In this document: one piece after another, positions 57,302 through 64,000 of the stretch
How positions within the stretch are numbered: the first letter of the stretch is position 1
Layout: every line of letters begins with the position of its first letter
Assembly: GCF_041248615.1 (NCBI RefSeq)
Contig: NZ_CP158426.1
Reading direction: 5' to 3' (one strand)
Source: Escherichia coli
GTDB taxonomy: Bacteria; Pseudomonadota; Gammaproteobacteria; Enterobacterales; Enterobacteriaceae
DNA: 64,000 nucleotides
Notes under the pieces: model-generated
Databases searched by the model: none
What the model saw: the letters and a program-made list of their open reading frames with translations, nothing else
Told to the model about the DNA's origin: nothing
Translations under genes and position numbers: made by a program

Positions 57302-58765
57302 TTAAAGCAACACCACGGGCATCCACAGTAAGCCGGTAATCACCAGCAATACGAGGAATATCAGCCCAAAAATCGCCCCCAGTCGCCAGTAATCCGCCGT
57401 TGGCAGATAACCACTGCCGTAGTAAATCGGACTGGGGCCGGTGGCGTATGGTGTAAGAATGCTCCCCAGACCAATTGCCGCACCAACCATCAGGCAGAAC
57501 ACCGGCAGCGGGATTTCCGGCATCGCCAGCGCAGCGGCAATCATCATCGGTGCGAGGGCGGAGGTATACGCCGTGGCGCTGGCAAAGAAGTAGCGCAGCA
57601 GATAAAAGACCACAATCAACGCCACCATCACCATCGTTGGCGAATAACCGTTTAAGCTGCCTGCTAACAGTTTGCCAAACCAGCTAATAAAACCGGTGTT
57701 GTTGAGTCCGGTAGCGAGGGTGATAAGCGAGGCCAGCCAGAAGAAAACGTTCCACGCCGCTTTATTACTGACAATGTCGTCCCAACTGATAATGCGCAGA
57801 AGCAGCATCAGTGCCACCACGCTGTAACCGACCATCGCGGCATCGATATAATCACCGCCGAAAATCCACAGCACCAGTGCGCCTACCATCAGCCCCAGCA
57901 TCCGTTTTTCACGAGAACAGAGCGGGCCCATTGCCTGCAGTTCCGTCTCTGCCCAGCGCGGCACCTGATCACCAGACTTCAGTACCGGCGGGTACAGCAC
58001 GTAAGCCAGCCAGGGAACCAGCAGAACCAGTAAAATACTGAGCGGCAACATCCCGAGGAACCAGTCGCCCCAGCTCAGCGTGGCGTGAGATGCGCTTTTC
58101 ATCAGTCCAATTAACAGCAAATTTGGAGCCATCGCCGTCAGGAAAATGGCGCTGGTCACGCAGTCGGCAATAATCCCCATCCACATGATGTACGAGCCAA
58201 TGCTGCGCGAACTGCTGTCGTTTGGTTGTGATTGATAGAGCGGTGGCAGGTTACGGATGATGGGATAGATAATCCCCGCACCGCGCGCCGAGTTGGACGG
58301 TGTTACAGGTGCGAGGATCAGCTCGGAGAACATCACCGCATAGCCGAGAAACAGCGTACGATGCCCCATCTTTTTCACCAGAATCAGCGCGATACGTCGC
58401 CCCAGCCCGGTTTTTTCATAGCCTGTGCCAAACATAAAGGCGGCGAAAATCAGCCAGATAACCGAATTAGAAAAACCAGAAACCGCCCAGGAGAGGGATT
58501 TGGCGGTGAACTTAAAACCTGGCTGGGCGAGCTGCTCCGGGCTAAACAGCAGCCACGGCGAGAGAATGGCGATAATGGAGATACCCACCATCGCCACCAC
58601 GGCACCCGGCACGGGTTCGAGGATCAGTCCAACGATCACGCCAGTAAAAACGGTAAAGTAGAGCCAGGTATGACTCTCCAGCCCTGCGGGAACCGGAATT
58701 AGAGCAATAATGGCGATGACCGCCAGCGGCGCAAGGTATCGCCACCATTCAGTGGAAGGTTTCAT
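57302..58765 (-). CDS. ttdT: L-tartrate/succinate antiporter
   Basis: 487-aa membrane transporter; ttd operon context. Confidence 0.85.
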   Translation of the reverse strand: MKPSTEWWRYLAPLAVIAIIALIPVPAGLESHTWLYFTVFTGVIVGLILEPVPGAVVAMVGISIIAILSPWLLFSPEQLAQPGFKFTAKSLSWAVSGFSNSVIWLIFAAFMFGTGYEKTGLGRRIALILVKKMGHRTLFLGYAVMFSELILAPVTPSNSARGAGIIYPIIRNLPPLYQSQPNDSSSRSIGSYIMWMGIIADCVTSAIFLTAMAPNLLLIGLMKSASHATLSWGDWFLGMLPLSILLVLLVPWLAYVLYPPVLKSGDQVPRWAETELQAMGPLCSREKRMLGLMVGALVLWIFGGDYIDAAMVGYSVVALMLLLRIISWDDIVSNKAAWNVFFWLASLITLATGLNNTGFISWFGKLLAGSLNGYSPTMVMVALIVVFYLLRYFFASATAYTSALAPMMIAAALAMPEIPLPVFCLMVGAAIGLGSILTPYATGPSPIYYGSGYLPTADYWRLGAIFGLIFLVLLVITGLLWMPVVLL

Positions 58766-58813
58766 CGTGTTATGCCTGCGAAAAAGGAGAGGGGGTGAGC
58801 CTCTCCGGGAGGG

Positions 58814-59419
58814 TTATTTGATGTAGTGGACGTGCTCGCAAATCTCTTCCACGATGGGATCGCGGCGTTCGGCGAACAGCTTTTTGTTTTCGGCTATCAG
58901 GTTGTTGCCGTGGGTATCAATAGAGACAATCAGCGGACCGAACTCTTTGACCCGGCAGACCCACAGCGACTCCGGCATCCCGAGTTCTGTCCAGTGCACC
59001 TCTTCAATCTCTTCCACCTGGGTTGCCGCCAGTACTGCGCAGCCTGCCGGGAAAATCACATGCAGCGCCTTGAATTTCTGGCAGCCTTCTTCGGTCAGCG
59101 GCCCCATTCCGCCTTTGCCGACCACCAGTTTCACGCCGGTCTGTTCGATAAATTCACGTTCAAAACTTTCCATACGCATACTGGTTGTCGGGCCGACGGA
59201 TACCATCTCCCATTTGTCGCCGTTTTTGCGCACGATGGGGCCAGCGTGGAAAATCGCTTTGCCGTTGAGATCGTAAGGGATCGGACGTTTGAGTTCGATC
59301 AAGCGACGGTGGCAAACGTCACGGCAGGTCACCAGCGTACCGGTCAGGTAGATCACATCGCCGACGCGAATATCTTGCAGATCTTCAGCTTTGATCGGGG
59401 TTGTCAGGATCTTTTTCAT
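58814..59419 (-). CDS. ttdB: L(+)-tartrate dehydratase beta subunit
   Basis: 201 aa; fumarase-type hydrolyase beta domain. Confidence 0.85.
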
Positions 59420-60327
59420 AACGCGCTCCGGGTGTGAGACAGATTTTCAAAGGAGAGATCGGCATGAACCAGCAGTGTGCCGCGACGATGCGCCCAGCAG
59501 CCTGTAGAAACAGCAACGCCGATGGTTGACGGATGGCGGGCGGCAGATTCGATATGCACGCCCATCACTGAACTGTTGCCAGTCAGCCCTTGTGGACCAA
59601 TCCCCAGACGGTTGAGTCCTTCTTCCAGGCGTACTTCCAGCTCTGCCGCTTTTGGATTTGGATGGCGGCTGCCAATCGGGCGCAAAATGGCTTTTCGCGA
59701 GAGCACGGCGGCGGTTTCCACCGAGGTGGCGATGCCCACGCCCACCAGTACCGGTGGACAGGCGTTTACGGCGAGGGTGGAGATATTTTCGAAGACGAAT
59801 TTCACTACGCCTTCGTAGCCTTCCGACGGCATTAACACTTTCGAGCGGCCTGGTAGCGTGCAGCCGCCGCCTGCCATGTAAACTTCGATTTCCGCATCGT
59901 CATTGTCGGGGATGATGTCCCAGGTGACCCACGGTACGCCGCTACCGGTATTTTTGCCGGTATTTACTTCGTCAAAAATTTCTACCGCATTGTGACGCAG
60001 TGGCGCTTTGACGGTTGCCTCTTCCACGGCTTGTTTGAGTATGCTTTGCAGCTCGCCAAGCAGTGGGAAGCGGGAACCGACTTTAACGAAGAACATAATC
60101 TCCCCGGTGTCCTGACAGGCAGGACGATTCAGGTCAATCGCTTTTTGCATGTTGTCGAACATCGTATGGTAGATAATTTTCCCCATCGACGACGTTTCGG
60201 CATCCTTTAGCTGTTTTAGTTTATCCACCACGTCATCAGGCATTCGGGTAGAAATCATGGCGGTAAAGTTAGCGACAATCTCCGTCAACTTATTCACTGC
60301 CTGTTGCTTATTACTTTCGCTCATCAT
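59416..60327 (-). CDS. ttdA: L(+)-tartrate dehydratase alpha subunit (start at MMSESNKQQ; ORF track extends 18 codons upstream)
   Basis: 303 aa; overlaps ttdB start. Confidence 0.85.
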
Positions 60328-60533
60328 GGCAACTCCAGTTTCTTTATTTGTCTGGAAAAATTCACCGCAACAAACTACCACTAAAAATGTGGTTTTATAT
60401 TTTTTGCCACCGTGAATATGTAATTAACAGTTCGTGAATCAACGCGAAAATAAGAATGAATATTGCGCCAGAGCAGGGAATGGCAATGTTTTGCGAAATA
60501 CACTGCGCTTATCACAACTGCGGATAATTAACG

Positions 60534-61466
60534 ATGCTGAATAGCTGGCCTTTAGCCAAAGACTTGCAGGTACTGGTAGAAATCGTCCACAGCGGGAGTT
60601 TTAGTGCTGCAGCGGCGACGCTTGGGCAAACGCCTGCATTTGTCACCAAGCGGATCCAAATCCTTGAAAATACGCTGGCAACAACGCTGTTGAACCGCTC
60701 CGCCCGCGGCGTGGCGCTGACTGAAAGTGGCCAACGTTGTTACGAGCATGCGCTGGAAATCCTCACCCAATATCAGCGACTGGTCGATGACGTCACGCAA
60801 ATCAAAACGCGCCCGGAGGGGATGATTCGTATTGGCTGTAGTTTTGGTTTTGGGCGCAGCCATATTGCGCCAGCTATTACCGAACTGATGCGCAATTATC
60901 CTGAGTTACAGGTGCATTTTGAATTGTTCGATCGGCAAATTGATTTAGTGCAGGATAATATTGATCTGGATATTCGGATTAATGACGAAATTCCTGATTA
61001 TTATATTGCGCATCTGTTAACGAAAAATAAACGAATATTATGCGCAGCACCTGAGTATCTGCAAAAATATCCGCAGCCACAATCCTTACAGGAATTAAGT
61101 CGTCATGATTGTCTGGTGACCAAAGAGCGCGATATGACCCACGGAATATGGGAGTTGGGGAACGGTCAGGAGAAAAAATCGGTGAAGGTAAGCGGGCACC
61201 TTTCCTCCAATAGCGGTGAGATTGTGCTGCAATGGGCGCTGGAAGGAAAAGGAATTATGCTGCGTTCTGAGTGGGATGTTTTACCGTTTCTGGAGAGTGG
61301 CAAACTGGTGCGAGTATTGCCGGAGTATGCACAAAGCGCCAATATCTGGGCTGTTTACCGGGAGCCGCTCTATCGCAGCATGAAATTACGTGTCTGCGTG
61401 GAATTTCTGGCGGCATGGTGCCAGCAACGGCTGGGCAAGCCCGACGAAGGCTATCAGGTTATGTAG
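60534..61466 (+). CDS. ttdR: LysR-family activator of the ttd operon
   Basis: 310 aa; LysR HTH plus substrate-binding domain; divergent from ttdA. Confidence 0.85.
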   Translation: MLNSWPLAKDLQVLVEIVHSGSFSAAAATLGQTPAFVTKRIQILENTLATTLLNRSARGVALTESGQRCYEHALEILTQYQRLVDDVTQIKTRPEGMIRIGCSFGFGRSHIAPAITELMRNYPELQVHFELFDRQIDLVQDNIDLDIRINDEIPDYYIAHLLTKNKRILCAAPEYLQKYPQPQSLQELSRHDCLVTKERDMTHGIWELGNGQEKKSVKVSGHLSSNSGEIVLQWALEGKGIMLRSEWDVLPFLESGKLVRVLPEYAQSANIWAVYREPLYRSMKLRVCVEFLAAWCQQRLGKPDEGYQVM

Positions 61467-61478
61467 ATCCACCAGAAA

Positions 61479-62096
61479 TCACTCGGGATCCTTTTCGCGC
61501 TTTCTTTTGAATTTCGTCCAGATTTTTGTCTCCTGACGACGCCACAGACGCTGGATGTTGTCATGATGACGCAGCAGGATCAGGCAAGAGAGCATCGAAA
61601 CCGGGAAGGTGAATTGTGGCTTAAACCACCAGACATAAAACGGAGCAATCAGTGCGCTTACAATCGCTCCCAGCGACGAGTATCCGCTCAATAGCACGGT
61701 CAGTAACCAGGTTCCCGCCATTACTCCGGTGAGATCCCAGCCAATTGGTGCGATGGCACCAAAAGCGGTAGCAACGCCTTTTCCTCCTTTAAAACCGAAG
61801 AAAACGGGCCAGATGTGTCCAAGGCAGGCGGCGATGGCAATTAAGCCTAGCCAGAAGGGGCTGACACCTAATTCATACGCACCCCAGACGGGCAACATTC
61901 CTTTCAGAACGTCGAAAATCAGTACTGCTACGGCTGCTCCCTTGCCACCGATACGTAACACATTGGTTGCGCCTGGATTGCCGGAGCCGCTGGTTCGCGG
62001 ATCGGGCAGCCCACACAAGCGGCAAACCAGAATGGCACTGGAAATGGAGCCGCAGAGGTACGCGATGAGGATCATTCCAGGCGCGATTGCACTCAT
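61479..62096 (-). CDS. plsY: Glycerol-3-phosphate acyltransferase PlsY
   Basis: 205-aa membrane protein [26 protein letters not shown]... Confidence 0.9.
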
Positions 62097-62200
62097 AAGC
62101 TGTTCCGTTTTGAAAATTCGTGTTCAACGATGAATCTGTGGATAATACGCACATTTCGCCGGAAGTGGTATCCGGTTAGCCAAAAAGCAGGCAGGACGTG

Positions 62201-62569
62201 ATGGATATTGTATTTATAGAGCAACTTTCGGTAATCACCACCATTGGTGTTTACGACTGGGAACAGACCATCGAACAGAAGTTAGTGTTCGATATCGAAA
62301 TGGCGTGGGATAACCGTAAAGCGGCGAAAAGTGATAATGTGGCGGATTGCCTCAGTTACGCTGACATTGCAGAAACGGTAGTCAGCCACGTCGAGGGGGC
62401 GCGTTTTGCGCTGGTGGAACGTGTGGCGGAAGAGGTGGCGGAGCTGCTGTTAGCACGCTTCAACTCGCCGTGGGTGCGTATCAAACTCAGCAAGCCAGGC
62501 GCAGTGGCGCGGGCGGCGAATGTTGGCGTCATCATTGAGCGTGGCAATAATCTGAAAGAAAATAATTAA
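62201..62569 (+). CDS. folB: Dihydroneopterin aldolase
   Basis: 122 aa MDIVFIEQLSVITTIGVYDWEQT... Confidence 0.9.
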   Translation: MDIVFIEQLSVITTIGVYDWEQTIEQKLVFDIEMAWDNRKAAKSDNVADCLSYADIAETVVSHVEGARFALVERVAEEVAELLLARFNSPWVRIKLSKPGAVARAANVGVIIERGNNLKENN

Positions 62570-62659
62570 TTTTACAGCTGTTAAACCAAACGGTTATAAC
62601 CTGGTCATACTGCAGTAGTTCGGACAAGCGTTACATTTTTATAATTTAGGGGTTTATTG

Positions 62660-63481
62660 ATGAGCGATATGCACTCGCTGCTGATAGCGGCAATATTGGG
62701 TGTGGTCGAAGGATTGACAGAATTTCTGCCGGTATCCAGCACGGGCCATATGATTATTGTCGGTCACTTGTTGGGGTTTGAGGGCGACACGGCGAAAACC
62801 TTTGAAGTCGTGATCCAGTTAGGATCAATTCTGGCAGTGGTTGTCATGTTCTGGCGACGTCTGTTTGGCCTTATTGGTATTCACTTTGGTCGCCCGTTGC
62901 AGCACGAAGGAGAAAGCAAAGGCCGTTTAACGCTGATCCACATTCTGCTTGGCATGATCCCAGCGGTAGTACTGGGGCTATTGTTCCACGACACGATTAA
63001 ATCATTGTTTAACCCGATAAATGTGATGTATGCACTGGTCGTTGGCGGTCTGTTGCTGATTGCCGCTGAATGCCTGAAGCCGAAAGAGCCGCGTGCGCCG
63101 GGTCTTGATGATATGACCTATCGTCAGGCGTTTATGATTGGCTGTTTCCAGTGTCTGGCGCTGTGGCCGGGTTTCTCCCGTTCCGGGGCGACCATTTCAG
63201 GTGGGATGCTGATGGGGGTGAGCCGTTACGCTGCTTCCGAGTTTTCGTTCCTGCTGGCGGTGCCGATGATGATGGGCGCAACGGCGCTCGATCTCTACAA
63301 AAGCTGGGGCTTCCTGACAACCGGCGATATCCCGATGTTTGCCGTTGGGTTTATCACCGCTTTTGTGGTGGCGCTGATAGCGATTAAAACCTTCCTGCAA
63401 TTGATTAAGCGCATTTCGTTTATCCCGTTTGCCATTTATCGCTTTATTGTGGCGGCTGCGGTGTATGTCGTGTTCTTTTGA
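62660..63481 (+). CDS. bacA: Undecaprenyl-diphosphate phosphatase
   Basis: 273 aa [30 protein letters not shown]... Confidence 0.9.
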
Positions 63482-63561
63482 TTGAGGAATAGTGTCGGAT
63501 ATGACGCTTGTGCGTCTTATCCGACCTGGCCGGTGTTTGCAATAAATTGAAATTCAAGTGC

Positions 63562-64000
63562 TTAATCAGGCTTTGGACAACGTTGTTCCTTCCAGCTGGC
63601 TACCGCCGCAATCCGCCGTCGGGTCAGCTCCTCGCGAATCTCCGCACCTTTAAATCCCGCTTCAACGACGGCTTTTGTCGGCACTGACTGTGCCACTTCC
63701 CAGGCTTCGCGCAACCAGCGGCCTTGCGGGTAGTCCGCTGATTCAAAACCGGTTCTGCCGCGCACATCAGCCTCGCTGGTCAGCGCCAGTTGCTCGACAC
63801 GCTGCGGTTTACGCCAGGCGTCGATGGAATCAAACAATTTGACGATGGTTTTTGGGTTCAGCATTGGGAAGGTGTGGATGAGATCGTGAAACTCAGCCAC
63901 CAGTCTGGCTAAATCGCGAATTTCATTTGGCACGCGCAGACGCTGACAGAGTTGTTCCACTAACTTAACACCCGCCGGGCCATGACCATGATGACGCGGC
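63562..64000 (-). CDS. cca: CCA tRNA nucleotidyltransferase, C-terminal part (5' end beyond window)
   Basis: Frame open to window end; C-terminal HD-domain region of Cca; K-12 synteny. Confidence 0.8.
   Translation of the reverse strand, partial: PRHHGHGPAGVKLVEQLCQRLRVPNEIRDLARLVAEFHDLIHTFPMLNPKTIVKLFDSIDAWRKPQRVEQLALTSEADVRGRTGFESADYPQGRWLREAWEVAQSVPTKAVVEAGFKGAEIREELTRRRIAAVASWKEQRCPKPD

Overview
Enterobacterial (E. coli-type) chromosome segment. Core genes at the left are aer (partial), yqjI and yqjH; core genes at the right are tRNA-Ile2 (ileX), mug, rpoD, dnaG, rpsU, tsaD, ttdT-ttdB-ttdA, ttdR, plsY, folB, bacA and cca (partial). Between yqjH and ileX lies a roughly 48.4 kb genomic island (2707..51122) integrated into the 3' end of ileX. 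It is bounded by an intact tRNA (51123..51198) and a 47-nt tRNA 3' fragment (2707..2753), with the integrase at the end far from the intact tRNA, as in K-12 prophage CP4-6. Island content, left to right: P4-like tyrosine integrase; an AT-rich block of uncharacterised genes (198-aa and 534-aa orphans, AlpA-like regulator, 248-aa orphan, small serine-recombinase-like protein, HUH-motif protein, 188-aa orphan); an IS66 remnant and a deleted IS2; a raffinose cluster (rafR-rafA-rafB-rafD, EIIA-Glc-like gene, fructokinase, glycoporin); a nested IS mosaic carrying a group II intron; a lactate module (lactate permease, Dld-like dehydrogenase, lutABC); a GntP-family remnant; IS5; an EcoR124-like Type IC restriction-modification system (hsdM-hsdS-hsdR); and a CP4-type terminal module (GTPase, antigen 43, DUF932, antirestriction-like, RadC-like, CbeA/CbtA toxin-antitoxin). 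The best candidate for an undescribed system is the AT-rich orphan block next to the integrase (about 4.3-10.9 kb), especially the 534-aa protein; its function could not be assigned from sequence alone. All calls rest on reading the sequence and recalled protein families; no database search was run.
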